Below are positions 44,127 through 54,468 of a stretch of DNA of 64,000 nt, piece after piece. Numbering within the stretch: the first letter of the stretch is position 1; each line of letters opens with the position of its first letter. The position numbers and the translations under genes were made by a program. Source of the stretch: an uncultured Prevotellaceae bacterium (lineage in GTDB: Bacteria > Bacteroidota > Bacteroidia > Bacteroidales > Muribaculaceae); assembly GCA_900318335.1 (NCBI GenBank), contig ONKF01000034.1, positions 713-64,712 on the forward strand, given 5' to 3'. Under the pieces are notes generated by a model. The model was not told the origin of the DNA. It did not search any database and saw nothing but the letters and a program-made list of their open reading frames with translations.

Positions 44127-47024
44127 TTACTTCCTGGTGGCTGCAAGAGCGGCCTCCTTCTTGTCGCTGCGACGGGCAATCCAGTAAGCCACGGGCGAAG
44201 CGATGAACAGTGAGGAGCAGGTACCGATGATAACACCGAGGATCATCGCGAAGATGCAGCACGAGCAAGGTCGTGATAGAGGTCATCATGGTTCGTGACA
44301 GGGTGCTGCACAACGCCTTGTTAAAGGTGGTGTAGAGATCCTGCTTGGGATAGAGCTTGCGGTACTCACGCACACGGTCAAATACAACCACGGTATCGTT
44401 CACCTGATAACCGATTACGGTCAGGATAGCGGCGATAAAGGTCTGGTCAATCTCCATCGAGAAGGGCAGCAGGCCATGCAGGTTGTAGAAACCGATAACC
44501 ACAAACGAGGTGAACGCTACGGCAGCCAAAGCGCCGATAGAGAACGCGATGTTGCGGAAGCGGAACAGGATGTACAGTGCCATAGCAAGCAGCGAGAACA
44601 GCACAGCCCAAACGGCCTGGCGGGTCATGTCGCTTGCGATGCTCGGGCCGACGGTTTCGCTCGAAACGACGCCCACGCTCTCGTTAGACATGCTGAAGTC
44701 ATTCTTGCTCATCGAGCCGAGTTCACTCTTCAAGCCGTCATAGAGCTTGCTCATGATCTCGTCGTCAACACCCTCACTGCTGTCCTCGATCTTGTAGTTG
44801 GTCGAAACGCGCACCTTGGTGTCATTATCGATGGTGATAACCGAAGTGGTAGCACCGGGGAACTGGGCCTCCAGCTGCGACTCCAGGGCCTGGGTCGAAA
44901 CGGGATGGTCAAATTGTACCACAAAGTTGCGACCACCCGAGAAGTCGATACCACGGTTCAGACCACGCAGGCCGAACAATGCGCCCATCACGACGATGAG
45001 AGCCAGAACGATGATCGAGGTCTTCTTGGCAGCACCCATGAAGTTGAACTGTACGTTCTCCATCAGGTGACGGGTCAGGCTGGTGTTGAAGGTCATCTTG
45101 TCGAAGGTGCCCTTGTTCACGAAGTGCTCCTAACGGCAAAACCGCGGATGGGACCCGAACCGAGCAGAATCAGGATGATACCGGTGATGATGGTGGTCAA
45201 GTTGGAGTCGAAGATGGCCGAGAACGCGTTCTTGTAACCATCGCTGACGGCAGCCTTGAGACCCTTACCGGCACGCAATTCCTCCTTACAACGCTCGAAG
45301 ATAAGCACGTTGGCGTCCACTGCCATACCCAGCGTCAGTACGATACCGGCGATACCAGGCAGGGTGAGCACGCTCTGGAACGAAGCGAGGATACCCATCG
45401 TGAAGAACAGGTTCAGGAACAGACCCAGGTTGGCAATCATACCGGCCTGCCAGCCGTAAGTGCAAACCATGAAGATCATCAGCAGAATCAGGGCCACGAT
45501 AAACGAGATGAGACCCTTGCGGATGGATTCCTTACCCAGCGACGGGCCAATCACGCTCTCACTGGCTACATTGACACGTGCTACCATCTTACCAGACTCG
45601 AGCACGTTGGCAAGGTCGTTAGCCTCCTCAACGGTGAAGCGGCCACTGATCTGTGAGCGACCACCGTCGATACGGCTGTTGACGTTGGGGAATGAGTAAA
45701 CCTGGTCGTCGAGGACGATGGCGATAGCCTTACCGATGTTCTGGTTGGTGATGATGCTCCACTGACGGGCACCCTCATCATTCATGGTCATCGATACGAC
45801 CTGACCCTGCAGGTTGTCAAACTCACTGGTTGCACGGGTCACAACGTCACCGTTCAGAACGGGCTGACCATTGACGGTGCGCAGGGCAACGAGCTGGAAT
45901 GCCTCGTGGCCACCCTGCATCTTCTCAGGCTTAACAGTCCAAGCCAACTTCAGGTCGGCGGGCAGGATGGTCTTGGCCATCGGGGAGTGGACGATAGCGT
46001 TGACAGCAGCAGTGTCGGCAGCGCTTACATAGCCCACAACGGGCGAGCCAGCACCACCACTTGCCAGAGCCTCAAAGCCAGTCAGCTGGGCGAGGGTGAG
46101 CTTACCGTCCTTAGTGGCGGGAGCAGCCTCGGCAGCGGCTTTAGCAGCGCTGTCGGCAGCAGCCTTTACCTCGGCGGTAGCGGTGCTGTCGGTAGCAGCA
46201 GCCTCAGCAGGAGCGGCAGCGGTGGTCTTGTTGGCCTGTGCCTGGTCGCTGAGCTGACGCAGTGAGCCCACGATGTCACCCAGGGTATAGGTGGTGTAGA
46301 ACTCAAGGTTAGCGGCACCCTGCAACAGTTTGCGGACGCGCTCGGGTTCTTTCACACCAGGGAGCTCGAGCAGGATACGGCCAGTGCTCTGCAGTTTCTG
46401 GATATTGGGTTGAACCACGCCAAAGCGGTCGATACGGTTACGCAGCACCTTGTAGGAGTTGTCCACCATGCTGTTGACCTCGTCGTTGAGGATGTTCTGC
46501 ACCTCACGGTCGTTGGCATTGGGTTTCTCCTTGATGCGGTCGATACCGCGGAAAATCTGAGCCAGATTGCCCTCGGGAGCCAGCTTCTTGTACTCCTTGC
46601 AGAAGGAGCCCACGAAGTCGTCCTGAGCGGTCTGGTTCTTAGACACGTTGTCAATGGCCTGATTAAACTTCTTGTCAGGATTGTTGTTCGCGAGAGCGCG
46701 CAAGATGTCGGGCACCGAAATCTGCAGTGTCACATTCATACCACCCTTCAAGTCAAGACCGAGGCCTAACTCTTTTTCACGAACCTGTTGGAAGGTGTAG
46801 TAACCAAGGTACACCTTCTCGTTGGCGAGGGAGTCCAGATACTCATTGAGCGCAGCCTTGTACTTCTCGTTGCTGGTGTCGGCACTCTTAATGCCGGCAG
46901 TAGCAAGAGCCTTCTGCTCAGCCTTGTTCTGATAGTGATTGCTCACGATCGTGAACGAGAGGTAGAAAAGGCAAATCAAGATCAATGCATAAGTAAGGAC
47001 TCTAATAAAACCTTTAGTTTGCAT
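44127..47024 (-). pseudogene. secDF: Fused protein-export membrane protein SecDF, frame-broken at two places
   Basis: The SecD part (47024-45117) ends GSGPIRGFAVRSTS*. The frame resumes as (EHF)VNKGTFDKMTF..GIDFSGG. Near 44256-44262 the frame is lost again (..TTLLVLHLRDD..), while another frame reads CIFAMILGVIIGTCSSLFIASPVAYWIARRSDKKEAALAATRK* and stops at 44127. Confidence 0.75.
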
Positions 47025-47090
47025 TTTTTGAATTGTGAATTATTTAATTAAATTTTGTTAAATTTCGCTTCAAACGTCTTTTTCAGCCTG

Positions 47091-47098
47091 CAAATATA
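47091..47098 (-). promoter_or_regulatory. Candidate -7 box (TATATTTG on the minus strand) for secDF
   Basis: TAnnTTTG match upstream of the ATG at 47024. Confidence 0.4.
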
Positions 47099-47222
47099 CT
47101 GCTTTTTCTGAAAGTGAGGCATATTTTTTTCAAGTTTTTGTTTTCTACCCTGTTGAAAATAAAGGAAAACGGCACATTTGCACCGTTTCCCCTTAACATT
47201 ATATTATTATTTTAATACAAAA

Positions 47223-48671
47223 TCACGCTTCGAGGCCGCGGTCGATATTACGCTTGAGGGCTTCGACATAATTGTTGATTCGCTCCATCTCGCGCGGAAT
47301 CTGGATGCGCTGCGGGCAATGTTCCACACACTGTCCGCAACCGATGCAGTGATCGGCCTGGCGCAACTTGGGCACGCTGCGGTCATATCCCACGAGGAAG
47401 GCTCTGCGGGCGCGGGCGTAGTCGGGGTCCTTGCGGTCACGCGTGAGATCATCCTCGGCGATGCACTTGTTGTAGTGGGTGAGCACACCGGGTATGTCGA
47501 TGCCGTAGGGGCACGGCATGCAGTACTTGCAGTCGTTGCAGGGGATGGTGTTGTAATCCACAATCTGGTCGGCGATGCCATAGAGGAAGTTCTTGTCCTC
47601 GTCGCTCAGTTCCTCGAGCGGGCAATAGGTGCACAGGTTCTCCTTCAGGTGCTCCATGTAGGTCATACCGCTCAGCACGGTGAGCACGCGCGGGAAGGAA
47701 CCAGCGAAGCGGAATGCCCACGAGGCGAGGCTGCGCTCGGGGTCGCGGGCCAGGATTTCCTGGGCCAACGGCTTGGGCAGTGATGCCAGTCGGCCACCCA
47801 GCAGGGGTTCCATGATGACGGCAGGGATGCCGCGCTTGTCGAGTTCGGCATACAGGTACTCGGCGTTGGTGTTCTCCTCATTGAAGTCCTTGGCATGCTT
47901 CCAATCCAGGTAATTCAACTCAATCTGCACGAAGTCCCATTTGTACTTGTCGTGGTTGGCCAGTAGGTTGTCAAACACGGCAATGTCACCATGATAGGAG
48001 AATCCCAGGTTGCGTATCACGCCCTTCTCGCGTTGCTCCATCAGGTAATCGAGCATGCCGTTGTTGATATAGCGGGCCTCAAAAACCTCCATCGCCGTCA
48101 TCTTCTCATTGCCGCCGCCGATGGCGTGGAGCAGCAGATAGTCGATATAGTCAACCTGCAGTTCCTTGAGGGAGTTTTGGAACATCTCGATGCTTGCCTC
48201 GCGTGACCAGGTCTCGGGCGAGAAGTTGGACAGCTTGGTGGCGATGAAATACCTGTTGCGTTTGTGGCGGCTCAGGGCGATACCCGTGGCGTGTTCACTC
48301 TGGCCGCGGCTATAGGCGGGCGATGTGTCAAAGTAGTTCACACCGTGCTCGATGGCATAATCAATCTGCCGGTTGATCATCTCCTGGTCGATTTCGGCAT
48401 CATTCTCGCGGCCGTAGGCTTTACCGTTGGTGGCGGGCAAGCGCATCATGCCGTAACCCAGAATGGAGACTTTCTCGTGGGTCTTGGGGTTCTCGCGGTA
48501 GGTCATCCTGCCTATGGGCGGTTCCTGGGTGTTGCCTTTCTTGCCGTCGGTGGCGCAGCTCACGATGACTGGTGCCGCGGCAGTGGCGGTTCCTAAGCCC
48601 AGTGCCTTGAGGAAGGTGCGGCGGCTCAATGTCTTGCCGCCATTATTGTTGTTATGCTTGTTATCGTTCAT
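47223..48671 (-). CDS. Aldo/keto reductase with a C-terminal 4Fe-4S domain, a Tat signal and a lipobox
   Basis: LSRRTFLKALGLG...PVIVSC (twin-arginine motif + lipobox), AKR motifs GYGMMRLP and FDTSPAYSRGQSE, and Cys clusters CNDCKYCMPCP and CIGCGQCVEHCP. Confidence 0.8.
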   Translation of the reverse strand: MNDNKHNNNNGGKTLSRRTFLKALGLGTATAAAPVIVSCATDGKKGNTQEPPIGRMTYRENPKTHEKVSILGYGMMRLPATNGKAYGRENDAEIDQEMINRQIDYAIEHGVNYFDTSPAYSRGQSEHATGIALSRHKRNRYFIATKLSNFSPETWSREASIEMFQNSLKELQVDYIDYLLLHAIGGGNEKMTAMEVFEARYINNGMLDYLMEQREKGVIRNLGFSYHGDIAVFDNLLANHDKYKWDFVQIELNYLDWKHAKDFNEENTNAEYLYAELDKRGIPAVIMEPLLGGRLASLPKPLAQEILARDPERSLASWAFRFAGSFPRVLTVLSGMTYMEHLKENLCTYCPLEELSDEDKNFLYGIADQIVDYNTIPCNDCKYCMPCPYGIDIPGVLTHYNKCIAEDDLTRDRKDPDYARARRAFLVGYDRSVPKLRQADHCIGCGQCVEHCPQRIQIPREMERINNYVEALKRNIDRGLEA

Positions 48672-48694
48672 AATTGATGACTGGTTGGAATTGA

Positions 48695-50185
48695 TTAAAT
48701 CTGGCTATGAACCTCGTGGCCCTCGACATAGATGGCGCTGAACGGCCTTGCGGGGCATACATACTCACAGGTGCCGCAACCGATGCACATCGCGCTGTTG
48801 ACAGCGGGCACCATGGGTGAGGTCTCGTCATTGGGGTCACTCGGCACCATCATGATGGCTCCGGCGGGACAATGGCGGGCGCAGTTGCCGCAATTCACAC
48901 CGTCGCTCAGCACCACGCAGTTGTCCTTGATCCACACGGCATGGCCTATCATGGTCGAGGACTTCTCGGCCACGGTGATGGGCTTGATGGCACCTGTGGG
49001 ACACACGCTGGAGCACTCGACACACTCGGGGCGGCAGGCTCCGCGCTCAAAGCTGAGTTCGGGCTGCATCAGGTGCATCGGGTCGGTCGAGGGACGCAGC
49101 ACACCGTTAGGGCACTTGGCCACGCACAACTGGCAGGCCGTGCAGTGCTGGGCAAAATTGCTGGCGCTTACCGAGCCGGGAGGCGTCAGGGGTGTCGATC
49201 GCTTGGCCGGAACCTTATCCTCGATGATGGCAAGGCCGCCGTCCACCTTCTTGGCAGCCTGGGCCAGAGCGACATCGGCACCCACGATGGCGGTACCGAC
49301 GAGGAACGCACGGCGTGTAGTGTCGGTTTCGGGCTTTGAGGTTTCAGGCTTCACTGGTTGGGCCACTGCCTTGGGGTGGCCATAATGCAGCGCGCCGAAG
49401 TTGCACTTCTCGATACAGTTGCCACAGGTCACGCAGCGCGTGTAGTCTACCTTGTGGGTCTTGAAGTCGATGCAGGAGGCCTTGCAGTTCTTGGTGCACA
49501 GGCTGCATGACTTGCACTTGTCGGCATCAAAATAGACCTTGAGCCAGGAGAAGCGGGCCAGTTGGGCAAGGATGGTGCCCACGGGGCAGATGGTGTTGCA
49601 ATAGGTGCGTCCTCCACGCCATGCCAGCACGACGACGATGATGAATGTCGCCAGAGCGATCAGGAAGGTGGGCAGACTCTTGATCCACACGTCAACACTG
49701 TAGAAGGTGTAACTGTCCACCCGCTCGGCGATCGAGGCGAGGATGTTGTTGCCCCACTGATAGACGGGCAACAGCAGATTGGTCACCATGCGTCCATAGC
49801 TGCTGTAGGGTGCCAGCAGGGCGACCAGCGAGTGAACCCCTGCGATAAATGCGGCAATGAACACCACCAGCACACCGTAGCGCAACCAGCGCTTTTCGGG
49901 ACTGGAAGTGAAGCGGTTCTTCTTGCGCTTGCCGTGAATCCATGACACGATGTCCTGGAAGATGCCCAGCGGGCAGATGACCGAACAGTAGATTCGGCCA
50001 AAGATAAGCGTCAGCAGTACCAGTGCCACGATAACGACCACATTGAGGGCCAGCAGGGCGGGCAGGAACTGGATGCGGGCTGTCCATGCCAGGTAGTGGT
50101 GCAATGTGCCACTCACGTCAAGAAAGAGCAGCGTCACCATGACCATCATGATGGCGGCCAGCGTAATACGTATTTTCCTTAACAT
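48695..50185 (-). CDS. Membrane polyferredoxin (NapH/MauN-like 4Fe-4S binding protein)
   Basis: N-terminal TM helices with GRIYCSVICPLG and RTYCNTICPVG. Multiple CxxCxxCxxxCP motifs in the C-terminal half. Confidence 0.75.
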   Translation of the reverse strand: MLRKIRITLAAIMMVMVTLLFLDVSGTLHHYLAWTARIQFLPALLALNVVVIVALVLLTLIFGRIYCSVICPLGIFQDIVSWIHGKRKKNRFTSSPEKRWLRYGVLVVFIAAFIAGVHSLVALLAPYSSYGRMVTNLLLPVYQWGNNILASIAERVDSYTFYSVDVWIKSLPTFLIALATFIIVVVLAWRGGRTYCNTICPVGTILAQLARFSWLKVYFDADKCKSCSLCTKNCKASCIDFKTHKVDYTRCVTCGNCIEKCNFGALHYGHPKAVAQPVKPETSKPETDTTRRAFLVGTAIVGADVALAQAAKKVDGGLAIIEDKVPAKRSTPLTPPGSVSASNFAQHCTACQLCVAKCPNGVLRPSTDPMHLMQPELSFERGACRPECVECSSVCPTGAIKPITVAEKSSTMIGHAVWIKDNCVVLSDGVNCGNCARHCPAGAIMMVPSDPNDETSPMVPAVNSAMCIGCGTCEYVCPARPFSAIYVEGHEVHSQI

Positions 50186-50336
50186 GATGAGAAGTTTTTT
50201 TCTGAATAGTAAGTGAATTAGAGTTGAAAGTGCAAAATTAAATAAAAAATGAAACTTTGAGTTCTAAAGTTTCATTTTTTTGGCACAACCCTTTGAATTC
50301 TTTGTCATGTCAAGGTTGGCGATATGTTATCTGGGT

Positions 50337-51806
50337 TTACAGCGGGGCCTTGAGATGCAGGTCATCGGTGCGGGATTCGTTGAGGCTCCCGACTGCGTTA
50401 TGGTCGGCCAGAATGCTGCGTACAAGAGGTTCAAGTTTAGGATACACGTCGGCCTGGAAGAATTCCCACAAGGCGTCGAGCTGGTCGGGCGCGGCTTCTT
50501 CTATCATGGCACGGATGCCTGCTTTGCCTTGATTGATGAGTTCTTCCACATCATTCTCTTGCTCGTTGCCCTCGACTACGGCGAGCAGGGTGCGCGAGAG
50601 CACCTCCTTGAGGTGGCGCAGCACGAGTTGGGTGGCTTGTTGAGGGGTCTCGGGCAGGTTGGTTTTGCCGCCGCCCACCTCAAGCATTTTCTTGAGTTGG
50701 CCCATGTGGCTGCCCACTTTGCTCCATGCCCTGTCCGATAGCATCGCTGCCATGCCGGGCGCGGCATTGATGATGCGTTGGCGACCTTCCTGGCGCAGGG
50801 TGGGGCAGCCATTGGTGGCAGTCAGCCAGCGGGTGTCGATATCAATGCAGTGGCGCTTGCGGTCGATGGCGCACACGCGCAGGGCAAACGGATAGCAGAT
50901 GGCAGAGCCTGTTGCGATCTCGACGATACTGTCGGTGTGCTCATTATTATATAATGTGGCTGCATCGGTCACGTGGAGGTGGCCAGTGAAGACGGTATGT
51001 ATGCCAGCCTGCATCAGTTGGCGGGCAATGTTGTCATGGTCTTGGACGATGTAGTTGGCCAGCAGGCGGTCCTGTTGGTCGAAGTGGGGAACCAGGTGGT
51101 GGTGCATCATGGCGATGACGTTCTTGCCTTGCTTGCGGGCCTTAGTGGCCTGGTCGATGACCCATTGCAAGGTTTCAGGCTTGATGCGTCCGCCATTATA
51201 ATAGGTGTTGGCACTGTCGCCGCGGGCGGTAAGCGTGTTCGCCTCGTCCATGTTGCTGTCGATTCCGATGATGACCAGGCCCTTGACGGGCTCGCAGCAG
51301 TAGCTCAGCGAGGCGGGATCGCGCTTGGATTTCTCTCCATAGCCGTAGTTGCCGTAGATCTGGGCAAACTCGTCACGGGTGACGGTTGCTGCAGGCAAGG
51401 TCTTGTCGCCATCAAAACGCAGGGCATAAGGATTGTTGCAGTCATGATTACCGGGGATGACCAGGGGCTGGATGCCGTGGGAAGCCATGCGGTCCAGGTA
51501 TTGTGCCATGCGCTCGTGGCTGGCACGCTCACCGTTGTAGGTGAGGTCACCGGTGATAAGCACCAGCCTGGGCTTGATGTTGATCACGCTGTCGGTAAGG
51601 GCAGCCATGATATCATCGCTCATTGCCATCATCTTGGTGTCGCCAGCGTCGGCCTGGTCGATAGCGCTACCTGGGATCACAAGAGCGGGACCGAGCAGGT
51701 GGGTATCGCTGATAACGACGATACGCTCGTTGTCGGTACGGGCTGTGCTCTCAAGCGCGAGTAGTGTGGATAATATCATTACTATAAGCCTTGTTTTCAT
51801 ATTCAT
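50337..51806 (-). CDS. Secreted metallophosphoesterase with a C-terminal helical domain
   Basis: Signal peptide. VISDTHL, TGDLTYNGE, IPGNHD, MMHHHL and TGHLH. Confidence 0.8.
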   Translation of the reverse strand: MNMKTRLIVMILSTLLALESTARTDNERIVVISDTHLLGPALVIPGSAIDQADAGDTKMMAMSDDIMAALTDSVINIKPRLVLITGDLTYNGERASHERMAQYLDRMASHGIQPLVIPGNHDCNNPYALRFDGDKTLPAATVTRDEFAQIYGNYGYGEKSKRDPASLSYCCEPVKGLVIIGIDSNMDEANTLTARGDSANTYYNGGRIKPETLQWVIDQATKARKQGKNVIAMMHHHLVPHFDQQDRLLANYIVQDHDNIARQLMQAGIHTVFTGHLHVTDAATLYNNEHTDSIVEIATGSAICYPFALRVCAIDRKRHCIDIDTRWLTATNGCPTLRQEGRQRIINAAPGMAAMLSDRAWSKVGSHMGQLKKMLEVGGGKTNLPETPQQATQLVLRHLKEVLSRTLLAVVEGNEQENDVEELINQGKAGIRAMIEEAAPDQLDALWEFFQADVYPKLEPLVRSILADHNAVGSLNESRTDDLHLKAPL

Positions 51807-51821
51807 GCCTCATTATTGCAT

Positions 51822-53057
51822 TTATTGTGCCAATTCAGTGATGGTGAATCCACATTGTTCCAGATGTCGCCAGTAGGAAGGGTAGGATTTGGTCACCACT
51901 TCGGCATCCTGAATGATGAGGCCAGGAAAGCGCACTGCGGCGGGTGCAAACGCCATCGCGATGCGGTGGTCACCATGGGTGTTGATGACAGGCGGTTGTT
52001 GGCCGACAGGCACGCGGTCGCCATACCACAATATGGCATCTTCACCGTCAATCTTCAATACATAGCCCAATTTTAACAATTCGTCCCGTAAGGCTTCAAC
52101 CCGGTTACTCTCCTTGTGCCACAGGGTGCGAATGCCCGTCATGCGGAAAGACCGCTCCAGCAGGCACAGCAGCACGGCCCATTGCAGGGCTAAGTCGGGG
52201 GTGCCGCTCATGTCGGCAAAGCAAGAGCAACAGCAGCCGATGAAGTGGCTTGTGTCGAGGGTCACCCCGGTTGTGCCAAACCGTGAATGGATACCCAGTT
52301 TCGCGCCTAATTCCACGAGATGCGCGTCACCCTGGATACTGTCGGGGACAAGACCATCGAGCGTGAGGTGTGATTGCGGCAAGAGCGCTGCCAGGGCATA
52401 CCACGGTGCTGCCGCGCTCCAGTCGGCTTCGACCATGAGGTCGTTGCCCGCGTATCCTTTACCGATGGTGATGTTATCATGATTAATCTCCACATCGCCC
52501 CCCATATCCCGCATGACGGCTGCGGTCATCTGGATGTAGGGCATCGAAACGATGTCACCAGTGAGTTGAATTCTGCCTCCACCGATGGCGGGCAGAATCA
52601 TCATCACAGCCGAGATGAATTGTGAGCTCACGCTGCCGTCCATCACCACGTCGCCGCCATGCATCGTGCGGCCCGTTACGCGCAACGGGGGAAAGCCCTC
52701 ATTTCCCAAGTAATCAATCTGTGCCCCAAGCGACCTCAAGGCATCTACCAGCGGGCCGATGGGACGCTGGCGCATGCGCTCCACACCATCGAGGGTGACG
52801 CTGATGCCCTCGCGTGTGGCAAAATAGGCGGTCAGGAACCGCATGGCAGTGCCGGCCGCCCCCACGTTGATGTCGCCCCCCGTGCATGATAGGGCCTCAA
52901 CCATCACCGAGGTATCGTCACACAGGGCAGGATGCAGTACCGAGGGCTGGTTACCGCACAGGGCGGCAATGAGCAGGGCACGGTTAGAAATGCTCTTGGA
53001 CGTGGGCAACGCGATGCGGGCGGTGGCCTGTTCAGGGGCTGTGAGTTGCAGGGTCAT
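51822..53057 (-). CDS. aroA: 3-phosphoshikimate 1-carboxyvinyltransferase (EPSP synthase)
   Basis: LPTSKSISNRALLIAAL, with the typical length and C-terminal DHRIAMAFA. Confidence 0.9.
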   Translation of the reverse strand: MTLQLTAPEQATARIALPTSKSISNRALLIAALCGNQPSVLHPALCDDTSVMVEALSCTGGDINVGAAGTAMRFLTAYFATREGISVTLDGVERMRQRPIGPLVDALRSLGAQIDYLGNEGFPPLRVTGRTMHGGDVVMDGSVSSQFISAVMMILPAIGGGRIQLTGDIVSMPYIQMTAAVMRDMGGDVEINHDNITIGKGYAGNDLMVEADWSAAAPWYALAALLPQSHLTLDGLVPDSIQGDAHLVELGAKLGIHSRFGTTGVTLDTSHFIGCCCSCFADMSGTPDLALQWAVLLCLLERSFRMTGIRTLWHKESNRVEALRDELLKLGYVLKIDGEDAILWYGDRVPVGQQPPVINTHGDHRIAMAFAPAAVRFPGLIIQDAEVVTKSYPSYWRHLEQCGFTITELAQ

Positions 53058-53081
53058 GAATATAAAATACTAATTGTTTTT

Positions 53082-53648
53082 TCAGTTGAACGGGACAGTA
53101 TCGACAGGGACGGGGTCGATGAGGTCGCGGTACAACTTCAGGGAATCGCTTGGCATCTTCTCGCTGCCCAGCACGTGCGGCATCAGGTCGAGGGTGAACT
53201 CGTAGGGCTTATTGTTGAGCATGTGCTTGGTGCCGAAGGTGTCCATGTCGGGGTTAAAGGCATAAAGAAGATTTAACACGATGCTCAGGACAAAGGCATA
53301 CTTGAACATGAACAGCAGGGCACCGCCTGCCTTGTCAATAAACCCCAGGTGGACTGAATCGAGCGCCCCGCGGAACAGCCTCATCACCAACCTGATGACC
53401 AGCATGATAATCAGGAAGGCAAAGGCGAGTGACACTGTGCGGACCGTAATGCTTGACAGTGGCCAGTCGGCGGCACTGGGAACTATGGCCAGGAAGATGT
53501 TCTGGGCCAGTTCACCGCACTTGTAACACAGGATGATGGCCACCACCCACGATATGAGCGATGACAATTGCCCGAAAAATCCCTTGCGGTAGCCCAATAT
53601 CAGGCCTCCGAGCACAATCAGGATGATAATGGCGTCAATAATGGTCAT
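53082..53648 (-). CDS. cvpA: CvpA-family membrane protein
   Basis: MTIIDAIIILIVLGGLILGYRKGFFGQLSSLISW, with 4 TM segments. Confidence 0.75.
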   Translation of the reverse strand: MTIIDAIIILIVLGGLILGYRKGFFGQLSSLISWVVAIILCYKCGELAQNIFLAIVPSAADWPLSSITVRTVSLAFAFLIIMLVIRLVMRLFRGALDSVHLGFIDKAGGALLFMFKYAFVLSIVLNLLYAFNPDMDTFGTKHMLNNKPYEFTLDLMPHVLGSEKMPSDSLKLYRDLIDPVPVDTVPFN

Positions 53649-53674
53649 ATCAAGTCTAAATTATTGAGTCGTGA

Positions 53675-54424
53675 TTAATCTTGGGGCAGCAGGATCTCAT
53701 CAATCCAGCCGTCCTTGCGGTAGCGGCACAGGTCCACATAGGCATCGATGCCGGGAATGATGCCCGTCTCGCTGTACTGCCAGATGGTGTACTCTCCCTC
53801 CCAGTTGATTTCGGGTTCGGCATTGGAATACCGGCCGATGTACAGGCGGTGTTTGTTGAAATGAGGCGTGAGGTTCTTGTTGTAGAAGCCCATTGTGCTG
53901 TAGATCATGGGCTGCACGCCATAGTGATGCTCAACCAGTTCGCAGAATCGTTCGACGCTGTCTATGAGTTGGCTGCGGGACCAATTGCCGCGCACCTCGA
54001 CATCGAGCATGGGAATGAGGTCCTGGACCGACTTGAGTGCAAACTTGGAGAAGTTCTCAAATTGCTCATCTATCGATGACGATGACGTGAGGTAGTGGTA
54101 ACTGCCCACGAGCAGACCGTAACGGCGGGCTTGGGTGATGTTGTGGGCATAGTGTGACGAGCGGTAGGTGGCACCCTCGGTCGCCTTGATGTAGACAAAG
54201 CGGATGTCCTTGTCGCTGCTCACCTTTGCCCAGTCGATATAACCCTGGTGGCTGGAAATGTCGATACCGTCATATTTTGCCTCCATGTTGCGTGGTGCGA
54301 CAACGGGTTTGGACGGCTTGCCTCCTGTATTGCCCTTGCATGAACACAAGACAACCATAACCAGCAGTAGAGTCACTGCGAGCAATGGTTGGATGGTTTT
54401 GTTATGTGTCACCTTGATGGTCAT
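53675..54424 (-). CDS. GH25 muramidase (lysozyme)
   Basis: Signal/lipobox. DGIDISSHQGYIDWAKV, FVYIKATEG and GSYHY. Confidence 0.8.
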   Translation of the reverse strand: MTIKVTHNKTIQPLLAVTLLLVMVVLCSCKGNTGGKPSKPVVAPRNMEAKYDGIDISSHQGYIDWAKVSSDKDIRFVYIKATEGATYRSSHYAHNITQARRYGLLVGSYHYLTSSSSIDEQFENFSKFALKSVQDLIPMLDVEVRGNWSRSQLIDSVERFCELVEHHYGVQPMIYSTMGFYNKNLTPHFNKHRLYIGRYSNAEPEINWEGEYTIWQYSETGIIPGIDAYVDLCRYRKDGWIDEILLPQD

Positions 54425-54468
54425 TGTCGTGCTATAGCTGGAGCGGCCATCGCTATAGGTAGCTGTTA

